This document shows positions 20,215 through 39,998 of a stretch of DNA of 64,000 nt, piece after piece. The notes below the pieces were generated by a model, which was not told the origin of the DNA, searched no databases, and worked only from the letters and a program-made list of their open reading frames with translations. Within the stretch, counting starts at the first letter, position 1, and each line of letters opens with the position of its first letter. The stretch comes from the human T2T-CHM13v2.0 reference genome, Homo sapiens: the NCBI RefSeq assembly GCF_009914755.1, contig NC_060938.1; one strand, written 5' to 3'. The position numbers and the translations under genes were made by a program.

Positions 20215-20718
20215 CCTGTTTATTTTCTTTGCCTCAAAATTGGCAGTACCCTGTTAACATTTTCTTTTTTGTTGTATAGTTCTGATTACTTTTTTGTTTT
20301 TACTACCTCAGCTCCTTCCCTAATATTTTTGTAAGCTTTCTTTTCTTTTAATGGAGTGTTTTGAGGTTGATTAGCAGTATAGTGCTGCAGAACAGCGCTT
20401 AGAGAATTGGTGCCTCCTGTCTTCTGACTGGTAATTACAGTGAAGATCTCAAGATTCTTCTGAAGGGGAGGTAGTTTGTGCTTTCAAACATATGTAAGAG
20501 TTGGTGTTGTATGTATCTTAATTATCCAGAGACAGGTTGAGGAGTAGAAAGAACACCAAATCTCAAGTTAGAAAATCTAGGCTCTAGTTTCACCATAGAC
20601 TAGCGAGTTATAGGCCAGCCATTTAACTTTGGTTTGTTCACTTGTTTATAATAGGTAACATCCAGCCCCCTGAAGCTCTTAAAATTTGTGTAATTTAATA
20701 GTTAATTAGAAAATTATT

Positions 20719-21142
<424 letters not shown>

Positions 21143-21381
21143 TCATTACGGATTGCTTATTATATGGCTCTAACATATATTTTTTGCTTGATCAAAAATG
21201 ACTATTAGTGTACTTTAGTCTTTAAGATGCAGTGTGCTAATATACTTAGTTACTTACTGAGCGTAACTTATAGTTCTTTAAAACTATGTTTACAAGATAT
21301 TTACTAATTATATTATTTGTAATGTTTCTACTCTCCTCTAATTCCCTTCTATACTGGGAATCCTTTTTAAAGATTCATTTC

Positions 21382-21434
<53 letters not shown>
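21382..21434. repeat. Compound (AT)n(AC)n microsatellite
   Basis: Directly visible uninterrupted dinucleotide runs. Confidence 0.97.
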
Positions 21435-21438
<4 letters not shown>

Positions 21439-21444
21439 TATGTC

Positions 21445-21740
21445 TTTTTTTTTTTTTTTGAGACAGAGTCTCGCTCTGTCGCCCAGTCTGGAGTACAGTG
21501 GTGCGATCTCGGCTCACTGCAAGCTCTGCCTCCCAGGTTCACGCCATTCTTCTGCCTCAGCCTCCTGAGTAGCTGGACTACAGGTGCCCGCCACCATGCC
21601 CGGCTAATTTTTTGTATTTTTAGTAGAGATGGGGTTTCACCATGTTAGCCAGGATGGTCTTGATCTCCTGACCTTGTGATCTGCCCGCCCTGGCCTCCCA
21701 AAGTGCTAGGATTACAGGCGTGAGCCAATGCGCCCTGCCC
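21445..21740 (-). mobile_element. AluY-like
   Basis: GCAAGCTCTGCC and TTCACGCCATT; TSD AAAATTATGTCTT. Confidence 0.92.
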
Positions 21741-23580
<1,840 letters not shown>

Positions 23581-23909
23581 TATATAGTTTTGAATTTTGG
23601 AGGAAATCTATCCAGATTTGTACCTGCAGGTATCAGAAAGTTTCATAGCATCTTTGGCTTTGTGAACATTCTCTTTCCATGGAAGTTATGTTCTCAAACT
23701 TGTATTCCAAGAGTCAAACAGGTGAAGCTATCTATTGGACATTCAAACTTATTTGTTAAAATGCAAGTTATTTTATTCTGTAAGGATCTAAAGTAGTAGT
23801 TCATTAGTTTCCTTTAGGGATACAAATACAAATAGAAATGGAATTAATTTTTTCTCATTGCTTTTTTTCTGCTGTGGGCATAAAAATATTATGTCTAACA
23901 AATATATAC

Positions 23910-24070
23910 TGACAGTATGATTGCCTGGGTTGGAATCCTAGGTTCGCTACTTATTATTAGCTATGAGATTTAGGGAAAATTACTGATTCTTATTAAAACT
24001 TTTTCTCATCTGTACAATGGGTTCACTAGTAGTGATACCTTACAGTTACTATGAAGATTAGATGAGGCAC
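23910..24070 (+). mobile_element. MIR
   Basis: TGCCTGGGTTGGAATCC...TTTTCTCATCTGTACAATGGG. Confidence 0.7.
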
Positions 24071-24072
24071 AG

Positions 24073-24122
24073 TTCGAGTAAATTTAAGAATTCAAGTAAA
24101 TCTATGAATTCAAGTAAATTTA
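24073..24122 (+). repeat. 18-bp tandem repeat, about 2.8 copies
   Basis: TTCGAGTAAATTTAAGAA TTCAAGTAAATCTATGAA TTCAAGTAAATTTA. Confidence 0.85.
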
Positions 24123-24423
24123 CTCTATAAAGAGTTATTTTCAGTAGTCTATGTGCAAAAAATATATAGTTTTTCAGCTTAAGTTTCAGGAATCTTTTGG
24201 CAATTTATTTTCAGTTTACTTAGCAACTTGTTCCTGAGACAGCAAATAGAATGAGAATAATTGAGTGAAAATTAAATGAGATTTTAATGATTTTCTTCAG
24301 GTTTCAAATGTGTTAAGCCTATTTTCCAAGAAAAAAATAAGACAACAGTAATTTACTAGTTGTTGGTGTTTACTAATAAACGTATTTGCAGTCTTTCTCA
24401 GACACTCAATACATTTTCCAGGC

Positions 24424-24577
24424 CAGTGATTCCAAAACTTACCTCATCCTAAGAATCATCTGGGGTGCTTCTTTAAAGTACAGATTTCTGGGCCCTACCA
24501 TAGTCTTTCGAGGTGGGGACCAGTATTTTATACTATCTAGGTAAATTTTGTGGTCTAAGAGGGTTGAAAACACAGTT
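24424..24577. mobile_element. MER5A-like hAT MITE
   Basis: CAGTGATTCCAAAACT...AGAATCATCTGGGGTGCTT...CAGATTTCTGGGCCCTACC...TTGAAAACACAG. Confidence 0.7.
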
Positions 24578-24634
24578 CTGGGGAAACAACAGTGAATGTG
24601 GCAGACATGGTTTCTGCCCCCATTACTTTTATAG

Positions 24635-24985
<351 letters not shown>

Positions 24986-26989
24986 TTTTTTTTTTTTTTT
25001 TTTTTTTTGAAACAAGGAGGAAAAGGAAAGTTTATAGTTATAGAAATATTCTTTGTAGTTAAGATGTGAAAGTGGGCTTTATTGTTAAATAAGCTATTTT
25101 TTAAAAAAATTACTATTTGCTAAAGAAACATAAATCTGAAATCTTGCAGCCTGATTTTAGCTGTTCTGCTGATTTAGGAAAAGGTCCTTTGGGGAAGCAA
25201 ATCATTTTGGTTGGTTGGGTACAGGTTTTGCAAAGTTAGCATCAGGGGAACAAAAATGTCTGGGTGATACCAAATATACAAATGTTGTACGTGGTTCCAA
25301 ATATGGAAATGGTTTTGTCTAAAGCAGCCACTGAAGAGAAATTATCTAAATATTAGCCCCTTTAGGAAAGTGGAATGTGTTGTCTGATTTGGCTCTCAGG
25401 CTTAGTATGAAAGTTTGTGCAAAAGTACAGCTTACAAAATGCTATTTGTTTTATTAAAAGGATTGATAGGAAGTTGACATACTTAGTTAATTTAAATTTG
25501 GAAGGAGCTCAGCAAACATCTTTCTAGTTGTATTTTATGTCTCCCTCCACCTTCTTTTTTTTTTTTAATCAAATGGGGAAACTGAAGCCTAAGAAAGGAT
25601 ATATGGTTGCATAGCCCACCTGGACAGCTCCAGTCTCTTTTTTTGTGTGTAAATCCCATTCAGAAATTAAATTTCAAAATTAATTTTCAATTACATTTTG
25701 ATTACCTGTTGACTAAATACATTTTTTTTTACTGTAATGCAACTGGGTTGTAACTCAAACTCATGCATAAGATGAAAAAACTACAATATTAAAAATCATT
25801 TTGATCTACTTAGAACAATTTTCTCTTTATATTTTATTTTCTAGGGTGCTAGCTTACGATAAAAAGCATCTTTGAATATTCAATAATGATATTTTTCCTG
25901 ATATTGTATTTGCCACATCTTTATTTTTTATTGATGATATATAAGCAATGACATAGTATTTGGTTTTTGAGGTATAGTCAGATGTCAACTAGGAAGCCTA
26001 AATGAATTGTATTGTTGATGCAGTGAAATGATTTGTAGGATAACTTATTTTATAGTATTTTTATTTTTCATATTTATTTTTAAAGAAATATAGATTATTT
26101 ACATGTACAAACAAATATATATATTCTCTACAAAAAGATAAGAAAATTTAAAATTTAACAGACTTTATCAGAAATGTTTGGAGTGTTAGGTTTTCTTTTC
26201 ATTTACTAAGTTGGAATATGTAAAAAAAAAAAGAATTTTGAGATGAGGACAAGTGATTGTATACCTCACTCAGTTTTTTTAGAACACAAATATGATAGTG
26301 GTTATATCATTGAAAATCAATGAAGCCTCCATCAATATGGTGCAGTGCCTCTGCACCACTGATTTATATATATTTAATGAACTTGCTGTTCTAATTTCAG
26401 GTAACTGAAGCAAACTGCATCTAGCACTAACTGGTTTACTTATAAACAATTCAGCTCATTAAAATATAAATATCTTGAAATTTACCAATATTAGATATAA
26501 TTTCTTTATAAATAGTTCTACTGTGTTTACTTCCTGGTGTTAACTGACATGTTTCTAAAAAAATCATCATATTTTGGTACTGTTTCAGATAATGTTACCA
26601 AAATATGTTGTTTTATTTGATCTTATTTCTTGCTACTGATCTAGAATGGATTTGGAATAGAAGATATGGGACAAAAAAGCTTTCAAAAGTGATGGGATTT
26701 ATGAAGTATGACATGCCAGATGCTGTATTTTTGAGATCTATTGGAGCATAAGTGAGGACCAGTTAAGGATCTATTTCTATATTCTTTGGGATTAGGAATA
26801 TAGTTTTTAATATTTGCATTTTTTAAAAAATGTATTTTAAAATAGATTTATTTTAAGCATGTCTATTATGTTTTATTGAAAAAATGCCACAAGATAATAT
26901 TAAAAAATGTTTTGACAAAAGAAAAAAATTATACATAATACTTTCACAGAGGAGTTCTTTTAATGTTTATCTTCTTATTTGTATGTGTG

Positions 26990-28200
<1,211 letters not shown>

Positions 28201-28249
28201 AACCACATATGTATATTTATCACTGGAATACCTTGAATCCAAGAGGGCT

Positions 28250-28700
28250 CCCAGTGATTTTTGTCTCCTACTTTTTATGTCCTTGCTTAGTTTCTCCCTG
28301 ATTGTATCAGGGTTGCTTGTATAACCAATCGAATATGGTAGAAGTTTCTCATTTCCAAGGCTAGGTCTTTAACAAAGACTTTGTGGCTTTCCATGTGGTT
28401 ACTCTCTATGTTCTTGGGCAACTTGCTGTCATGAAAGACAGTTTATGTGTCGTCAGCAGCCTTATGAAGTTCCGTGTGGTTAAGAACTGAGACCTTCTAC
28501 TAACCGCCAAGTCAGTGAGCCATCTTAGTCTTCAGTCCCAGTCCTGTCTTCAGATGACTGCAGCCCCAGCTGATATCTTGACAAATAAGCTGCTCCTGGA
28601 TTCCTGACACTGAGAAATTTTGTGAGATAATAAATTGTTTATTGTTTTAAGCTGTCAAGCTTGGTGGTGTTTTGTTATGCAGCAACAGATAACTAATAGA
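28250..28700 (+). mobile_element. MLT1-type LTR
   Basis: TCTTCAGATGACTGCAGCCCCAGCTGA...TGTGAGATAATAAATTGTTT...TTGTTATGCAGCAACAGATAACTAATA. Confidence 0.8.
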
Positions 28701-28719
28701 ATCCCTTCATCTTTATTAA

Positions 28720-29103
<384 letters not shown>

Positions 29104-29460
29104 AATAGGGAGAAATTTCTAAGGGCGCATGTTCAACAAGCCATTGTCATTAGAGAAGTGGCTTTTGTTCAGAGGCATATGAACTACTTTTATTCAGAAG
29201 TAATCAAGGGGGAATCTAGTAGTATTGTAAAGGTAAACATTTTAATATCATGTAAGATGTGATAATAATTTAGTGTTTTTAGTGAGAATCCTGTAAGCTT
29301 CCTGTCATTGACTAAGGTCTGGATTACATTCTATAACGCATGAAGTAGCAATTTGAGAAACTAATTCTTTATAAAAATACTTTCACCTTGTTAATAGATT
29401 TGTTTCTGTAAGTAAGAAATACAGTGGAGTTGAATCTTATGTGGAATTTGTATATACGTA

Positions 29461-30034
<574 letters not shown>

Positions 30035-32660
30035 ATTTGTATTCTAAAGTCATGTAAAGCAGAAAATATAGTGAAGATTACCCTTAATATTAAGGATCAG
30101 AAATTGTCCATATGGGTAAATAATTTTTCATTAAACCTAGCGCAGCCAGTTTTCCTTCCAGCATAGTAATAAATCAGTATTCCTCACCTGAACAGCAGAT
30201 GAAGTAATTGGCTCTTGTTTTGGCATTATACTGAAAAGACTTACCTTTAAACACTGTCATATATAGTCCAATAAGATGCTTGTCCTAGGAGAGGCATTGA
30301 AACTGAGTGCAACAGAGGGAACAGCAGAGTGACATCTCTCATTTTATGATTACTCTGGGGTATAGAGATAGTCACTGAGAGGAGAGGCTGGGGAAATGGG
30401 ACCGCTTTCTAAAAATGTATCTCTGTCTCTTTTTGCTGAACATATATAAGTGAATTTGTGTAAGTATGCACATGATGTGATGCCATTGTGTAATGCTTCT
30501 GAAACGTAAATACTTGTCTTTTTTTGGGAAATGTAGACTTTTTATTTCTTTCATTATGATGCTTAGATTATTTGATAGCCTATTTAATGGACTATGGGAT
30601 AAGAAAGATTGAGTTTTGTTAACTTACATATAGCACAATGTGGGAACCTCTGTTCATAACGAGCTGTCTATGTCATTAAGGAAAGTTTCAGTGATAGTAC
30701 ACAACCATACACATTTGTTGAACATATGCATTAAAGACAGAGTTATATTGAAAAAAGTTTAGAATAGAACTTCTGCATTTTGGAGTATGCTACACTTGTC
30801 TGGAAAAGTTACTGTCAGATAATGTTTTGTTACTCTTGGAACATGCGTTATTGTACATGAAATTCTGAACTTTTATAGAGTATGAGCTAAGAAGTGCTTT
30901 TCCCATTACTAAGGAGGCTGAATATTCAAGAGTGATCATGGAAGAATTTTAAAAAATAGTATATTTTTATACTTCACAGTGTCTTATGGATTGCTTACCA
31001 TTTAACAGTTAAGCTGGAGGATGGAAAAATCTTGATGTAAGTGGTAGGAACTTCTGCCAACTGGAAATCAATTAAAATGAAAATAAAGCAAGTATAAAGT
31101 TTTAGTGTTACTGGGAAGATACCATTTGACTCACAAAGGTGTCATTCATGTGCTCTTTCTGGCTATATACCTGTGGCCTAAAGCTGTGGTCTTTTGGGGA
31201 TTTAATTATTAATACAGAAATGTGTTTTACAAAATAGAGCCATGTCTATTTTGATGCCATATAGTTTCTTTTTAAAATGTATAAATGCCCTTGCGTTTTT
31301 TTGGGCAAAATCAATCATGCTGTCTTGTATTTGGAGGTAAATGACAACAGGATATTCACTTCCAGTTTAAGTAGTAGCCTACAGTTTCTCTTGAATTTAG
31401 TTTTTGGCTTGGTTAAACCATTAGTGTATTTGACCTGGACTAGAACTTGATTTTAAGATGTCATCAGCTGTGAGTTCCCAAGTGACTGGCTCTCACATTT
31501 CACTGAGAGAGAACAGGCTATTTGACTTGTTAGTTTGAAGAAATCATATGCAACTTTCTGGTACTGCAGAAGTTGTTCAGAAACATAACACAGAGTACTA
31601 AGAAGCTAAAAATTTCCTGTTTAAAACTAACGGTGTATGGAGTAATTTATTTTGTGGAATCTGGAGGGATTGGTGTTTGAGATGGAAATACATACTGATC
31701 TGACAGTTTCTTACTCTTATTTACCTCTTTCCTCAGTTTTTGGTGATAATTCCAAGTTATATTAATATATAGACTGTATCAAGCCACTATGAAAATTTTA
31801 TCTAAATGCAGTTCCAGATTTTGCAGTATTTTAGTGCATTTTTTTTTATTGTCCACACACACCCACACACAGGCTAGAATGTTTGACATTTTCTGGTCAT
31901 CAATTGAGACACTGAAATGTCTTGTTTGATAAAGTTATATTTTGTTTCAAAGATATTTTTAATAGACTGTTCCTAAGCATTTGAACCAAACAGCAGCTAT
32001 GAGCTTAGGGCTTTAGGGCAAGATTTCCTAGAATATCATTCATGTTACTCCTAGTTTACATCAGAATATAGGAGACAAACTATAATTTAGTTTCAGTTAA
32101 TACTTTCCAAATTTTTACCCCTGTGGCATTTGTCTGAGAAATACTGATGAGTCACAGAGATTCCCTTTCTGTCCTTAACTAGAACATATGTAGAATAGGA
32201 AATAGGAGAAAACTGTTCATGCATTTCCGTGCTTTTAGGTTTTTTTCTGCTCTTGGCAGTGTATTGATTCTGATGCTTTACTTATTTTGTAATTTTTATT
32301 TTATGACTTCCTGTGTACAAGGAGTTGATGATGCAAAGTTGAATCAGAGGTAATTTTTGCCCTGAGGTCTCATTGCTAAGTATGGAAGATAGACAAACAA
32401 AATGTTACAATACACTACAATAATTGTTATGATGAGTGTTGTTGGAACCATCTAAGGAGCATAATTTAGATGGTAGAGGGCAGTGGGACCAACAAATATA
32501 CCAGATATTCAAATAAGAAATCTGAGGTCATACTATATGTACTAGGCTTATTTCTAAGCCCTACGAAGTTGTGCCCATAACTGTCTCCTTAATAACTTCC
32601 AAATTACAGATTTTATCCTATTCCCCTTGTAGTCTATGTCTTCCTTATCTCTACTTGGAC

Positions 32661-32958
32661 TTTTTTTTTTTTTTCTTTTTGAGGTAGGGTTTTGCTTTGT
32701 TGCCCAGGTGAGAGTGCAGTGGCAAGATCATGGCTTCTTGCAGCCTTGACTTCAGGGCTCAAGCAATCCTCTCATGTCAGCCTCCTCAGTAGCAGGAACT
32801 ACAAGTGTGTGCCACTACACCTGGCTAATTTATCTTTTTGTAGAGACAGAGTCTTACTGTGTTGCCCAGGTTGGTCTCGAACTCCTGGGCTCAAGTGATC
32901 CTCCCACCTCAGCCTCCCAAAGTGCTGGGATTACAGGTGTGAGCCACGTTGCCTGGTC
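32661..32958 (-). mobile_element. AluJ-like
   Basis: TSD ACTTGGACT. Confidence 0.88.
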
Positions 32959-33809
32959 CACTTGGACTATTTCAACTGTCTCCTGGCCGAGGACTGCTTC
33001 AAGCTTAATTAACATGGATACTGCTTACTACCGCCCACTCCTCCCAACCCTCCAAAAAAAAAACCCCAAATTCAGAAAACAAAACAAAAAATAGTCTTCC
33101 CCTTTTAACCATGATACTTCCTGCTTAAACTTCTTTGGTGGTTTCTTGTGTCTTCCACCAATGCTTCTCACATTTTAAAAAGTAACATTAACAATGGAGG
33201 AAAACAAATTTGTACCCCTAGTTTGTCTGGAGGTGCAACTAGAAGTGTCGCTTTGAAAGCCCCTTTGAAGTTTTGGTTGACCTTAAAAATGCATGTAAGA
33301 TTTTAATTTTTTAATATTTTCTGTTAGTATTAAAACAAAAAGTATATGCCTTCCTAATTTTTTATCTCATACCCCTAACCTTTGCATAAAATTGATGTTT
33401 TAGGAAGACGCACCACGTTTTCCTCTGGCTTTATGTAATCCCTGACACACAGACCCCACATCATCCTGTAGTTCAGTATTTTCAAACTGTGTTGCCTGAG
33501 AGATTTCAAACTGAAACTCTGAGAGATTGTTTGAGGCAGCTGCTCATTGTCATCCCTTAAACTAGAGCAGTCTCCATTTATCTGTTTACATATTAGGTTT
33601 CTGGGTAACATTTAGTATGAAGAAAGAGTTCTGTTATTAAAGAAATATAAGCCTGAAAAATGCTACTGTAATATATGCTAAAAATCCAAATTCCTTAGCT
33701 TATCATGTAAAGATTTTTCTGGTCTGGTCTCTGCCTATTTTACTTTTCTTTCTTCTCTCTCTCCTCAGCTTCCAGCACCTTTCCTAGAGATTGAAACTTG
33801 AAACCTGAG

Positions 33810-34045
33810 GGTGAAATTAATTTTGTTTGGCCCTGGAGTGTTGGCTTGCACAGCATTTAAATTAAAACAAAACAAAAAATGAATTAGTTGCCAACATGTA
33901 AAAATGAGGAGACATCATGTAAAAATTTGGATCTCTCAGTTTTGTTGAAAAACTGCTAGATCTGGTAACATTTTGGCTCCATATTCTCAACAGCATGGAG
34001 TTGATGAGTAGCCATCATTAACATGAGATGCATTCTTTAGTTGGC
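33810..34045. mobile_element. hAT-Charlie MER fragment (MER102-like)
   Basis: TTTTGTTTGGCCC...TGAATTAGTTGCCAACATGTAAAAAT...AGATCTGGTAACA. Confidence 0.55.
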
Positions 34046-36853
34046 CAGTTTGATGAATGTTGGAAATTGTTGATGCTTTGAATAGAAGGTATACCAATAA
34101 CCTTCTCAAAAGGAGACTTTTCCTGTTGTTGTTTAAAAAGTAACTTTCTACATGCCATACTATTCATTGCAGGTATACTGTACTTAATCTTTGCTTTGTA
34201 AGTGTTAGTTAGGCCTAAGTTAAAGAAATTAGACTTATAAGTAAAACTGCTTTATGCATAATATTTCTCTAGTGGATGATTTGTTAATAAAATCATATCT
34301 AGCCTTAGGTCAAATATTTATAATCATTCTATTATTTAAAAGAAATTTTTTTAAATTATAAGAACAGTTTTTACTTATTTAAAGTTCTGTTCTGCCCAGA
34401 GAGCATAGTATAATATGGAAGTAGGTCTTCTGATTAGAATTTATTTAAGTAGTAGAAAATTCAAGCCAGCTTGGGTAGGGAGAATATGAAGTGAGAGAAA
34501 CTGAAATGTGAAAGATTAAAGTTGCAAACAGTTTTGGTACAATTAAATATATCTATTCCAAGTGGACAATATAAACTTATGCATTAATGAAATGATATGG
34601 TCATATTATTTGAAATTTGCAGAAATGGAATCATACTATACCTTTACCTTTTTTTTTCAGTTAGTGGTAGATTTTGAGTATCAGCATATGCTTTACCTCC
34701 TTTTTAGCAGGTAATATTTCTTTATATGGATATTGCTTCTGTTGATGGAAATTTAGAAATATGAAATTTTGATAGCTCTTTCTAATTTTTTTTTAAAGTG
34801 CACTGGTTAATTCCCTGCAACAGTGTACAAAAGTGCCTTTCCCCCACCACACTTGCGTAACATGCAGGATTTCATAAAGGCTCTATTAGTTTTAACTCAC
34901 TGGGGTTACAATTAACACCTCACTGCCTTTCATATTTGTGTTTAGCAGCAAGTCTCCAATATGATTGTAAGAATACAGACATAAAGCATTTTTTTTCTTA
35001 ATGTTTGTGCTTTAAGCAAACACACAGGTTAAAGTTTTCATTTAACATTATTTAACTTTCTGAGCAATAAAAGTCTGAAAGAAAATTTAGAAATACAATT
35101 GTATGAAATAGCTATTGTTTGTAAGCACTTTATCCACCTCTTATTTCTGTAAAAGAGTCATATTACAATTACTATGAGATCTATTCTTTGGGCAGCTGGA
35201 AAGCAGGACAAGGAAAAATCGTTCTCCTCTTGTCTGGTAGAAAGTACATTGTGCCCTCTGGTACCAGACTTGGGCTTATTCAAAGGCTAATGGATTCCAC
35301 ACAGGTGAGTCAGTCTTTTGTGTTCTTACCAGGTGCATTATTGATTTTCATGATGGTAGCCTAGGTGTTCTCATTCAACAGCAGCTTTAGCAAAGTCTCC
35401 AAAATATCACAAAGAAAACCAAAGATTTTGCACATTTTGGGTGCAAGAAAATGAATTTTTCTCAACTCTTTTGGCCATTGTACTTTTTTTCTTGCTAGAC
35501 GCTTATGAATAACTCCTTTGGAAAATGTATTAATATGTAATGTGTTTACTTCTTTGTTTTTGGGCATGGATTGTGTGTCATGATCTATTTATTTAATTTA
35601 GAGTGTGAAGCAACGTGTACTGGCTTGTGGTACTTTTTTTTGCCCACAGACTGAGTTAAGTTAGGGTTGGAAGGGTTCCCTGTTGTAGAAGGTTATCCAC
35701 ATACCAGATTCTAGGAATAGTCAAGTTCAGATAGTCATCTGGGGTCACCAATCATTTGATATTCACTTGGCCCTTAAATCACAATACCACAATACATTTG
35801 AGTTTTAACTAAGACAAACATTTCAGGGTAACCTTCAAGTAGGAACTCTTTGAACAGTGTTCTCTAAGTGAAAACTATAATTTACCTGAGAGCCCTTAAT
35901 AATTGAGGAGAAGAAAGTGACTTTTAAAGTTTGGGATTATCTAATTTTCAGGTTTTCAAATTGTTTATTTTTCAATCCTTAGCACTAAGGTAGTAGCTTA
36001 AACTATGACAGCACTGAAAAATTTATGTTGATGCTTATTAAATTTAGATATTTTCAAAAAGTTGCAAAGCAGCTCTCTTTGTTTAGGTTATATTTCCTTT
36101 ATTGCATGTTTCTTTTTAGGGTTATGTTTTCCTTTTACAGTCTTCACTGCTGCTTTTATTCAACAAATATTTGGGTAAGACTATGTGCCAAACATATTCA
36201 TAGTTACAGAATGATCTTATCTTTTGCCCTAGTAATTAGGTTTCTTTCCTTATCAAGTGTAACACTAATTAAATGTGTTATGAGCTGCTTTCCCTTTCTT
36301 ATATCTTGTTTTGTAAATAATGGTTTTGTTTAAATGTGTTATTTAGTTATTTAACCTATTTTGTGTGGTTTGACAGTTTTTAGCATATATAAATTAATGT
36401 CCCGGCTGTAAGTGGGATCAAACTATCTAGATCTGTGAACTGGTACGTTCTAATTCTAGTGCTTTATACATTGCAACATTAAAAAATCAGATATTCATTT
36501 TTTCTTTTTCCCATGTTTTACTGATTCTGTTTTTCTTCAAGTTTCTTCCTTCTTTTCCTATTACATCAATCATCTGCTCTTTTAACACAGCAAATTGCTG
36601 CTTTGATTTGAGTCAGTGACTTGAAGTTTGGGACACCATAATCATCTCTCTTTGTTTAGAAATCTCATCCCAAAATCTCAGGAGGAAAAAACCCTAAAGA
36701 ATTATTTGATGTATTTATTGCTTTCTGGGCAAGACTCAGCTTCATGAAAAAATTTTTAGGGAATTCTTTTCTGTAATATCTTATGATGGATTATAGGTGG
36801 TTTCAAATAGATTATCAGGAGAGTGAATGATGGGAAGTATGTAAAGACACTGT

Positions 36854-37235
<382 letters not shown>

Positions 37236-39399
37236 TTATGGTATTTTGTCAGTAATTTTTCTATATGCTAAACCAAAAACTAAATTGTGACTACCACTTG
37301 GCCGGAAATTTTTACTGAGCTCAGTGGTAAATTTATATAAACAAAATAAAGAAAACATAATTTCTTGTAGCTCAGTTTGCAGTTTGGTTTATCAGTTGTT
37401 GTATAGAGATAGCTTATTATCATGTATGGACTTTAAAGCCAAAAGGAACCTTATAAATCATCTAGTACAACTTCTTAATTTTAATAGATAAAAGAATATA
37501 TTTTTCTTTTAAAGCTGTTTCAGCATTGAAACACTGCAGATTCATACCTGGCTTTTTCTCCAGTTAAACTAAATTAGGGAAGTTAAGAAAAAAGTCATGC
37601 GTAGGGAGTTAATTTACACAATTTTCATTGGTGCTAATGGAAATTTCTTACTGAGATTCAAAATGATCACACTTATCTTTATCATTTATCTTTAATTAAT
37701 TTATAGATGAAATGGCCATTGCTGCATTGCTGGTTAGGACTTTTTAATAAATGCAGCAGCTACAACCTATATCATTTTAAATGAATAATTAAAGTGGAGT
37801 GGTTTATTATTTTCCAGCATAGGTACATATAATAATTCCTTTGAATCATATGCTCTTTATGCTGGAAGAGATCTCAGAGAATATCTAGTCCATATTTTTA
37901 TTTTATAGATGAATAAAATAGGGTACAGAGTGATTAAGTGACTTGTCTAATTTTCCCTGACTAAAGCATTTTATGTATTGGACTCCATTGTAATTTAGTA
38001 AGGTTAGAGACCTTAATGTTCTTTCAGTTCAATTTTCACTCGGTTAAATCCCAGTTTATGAATGTGCTGTGTGTATCGTCTGCCTTCCTACTCTAGTGTA
38101 AGTCATCAAGCAGTGAAAACTCAGAATTTTTGGTGAGTAATAATTGAGCACAATTATTTCTCTAAACCTATCATTATCTTTAATTTGGAACTACAATGAC
38201 CAGGAAGCAGTGTTAGTCTAAGCATAATTTAATAAATCCATATTAATCCACCTGGCGGAGTATAACATTTTAACATACCTTTTAGATCCACAGTGATGGA
38301 AAAATGATTAAATTACTTATTGTCAAAACAAAGGGCTGCTTTAGATATGGTTATTTAATAAACTGTTTTGCTTCATGTAAACTAGTTTTGCTTAAGCTTC
38401 AGAGATATAGTCACATGGATTTATCTTTCCATGACAATTGCTTACTGTCTGGGTTTATGTTTAATGCAGGTATTGGTGACAGTTTGTAATTCTTGAGTCA
38501 TTGCCTAGCATGGAAAATAGTTGATTTTGCTAGCTATACACAGTACTGTCTTTTAATGATCACTTTTTAATGCGGTTAAGCCTGACTTAATTGTTCTCTT
38601 TTTAGAGTGTTATGTAATAGTTGTTAATGGTATGATATATCTGTTAAACTACTTATATATGTAAAGTGAAAAGTTTATGTGTACATGTTATTTTCTGCAA
38701 TAATGTTGAAGCTCAAAAATAAAAGGGGTTATATACTTATGTACTTAAAATACATAATCCTGGTGTAGCCCTCTTTTTCTGGAAGATCAATGCCATTTTT
38801 CTTCAGTACATTCTTTCTTTTCTCTTGTTTATGATTTTGTGTCTGCTATACCAGTGACTGTTTTTGTCTATCAGATAGTGAAGCTAATTGTCTTAAAGCT
38901 TATCACAAACAGCCAGAAGTTAATGGGCTATTTGGGTTTGGAACCCATACTTTTGGTCCCTTGTTTTACCTTAAGTATGAAGAAGACATTAAAGCATTAG
39001 AGTTGAATTGAAGAAAGTAGGGAAGATTTGAGACAGATTTAGATGGTAAATTGAGAGGATTTGGTGATTCTGTGGCTGTGAGGGTAAGAAGAAGCGGTCT
39101 AAGATAATTCTCACATTCTGGATTTTGATGCCCAGGTGAAGAATGTAATTTTCAAGATTCAGTGAAATCTCTTCTGGAACAAGGCAAGGAATGTGTATAC
39201 GTAAATAAATAGGCAAATAAATAAATTAACAAATGGTAGTAGCTGAAATGGTAGGTCTTTGGAGTCTGGCCTGATTATAAAAGGAAGTGTAAGTAGGAGT
39301 AAGCTGTAATTAGGAGAAAAAGGAAATATAAAGGATTGGAGATCTGGATGAGATCAAAGGGGCAGTGTGTATAATGAGGGACTGAGAGCTCCCAGTTCA

Positions 39400-39998
<599 letters not shown>

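Noticed and set aside
24073-24122. Short repeats as a CRISPR-like array
   Set aside because: Contiguous tandem units without spacers, in primate DNA.
25297-25306. Perfect CArG box CCAAATATGG
   Set aside because: A single short degenerate motif expected by chance in AT-rich DNA; nearby MEF2-like sequences do not fit the consensus.
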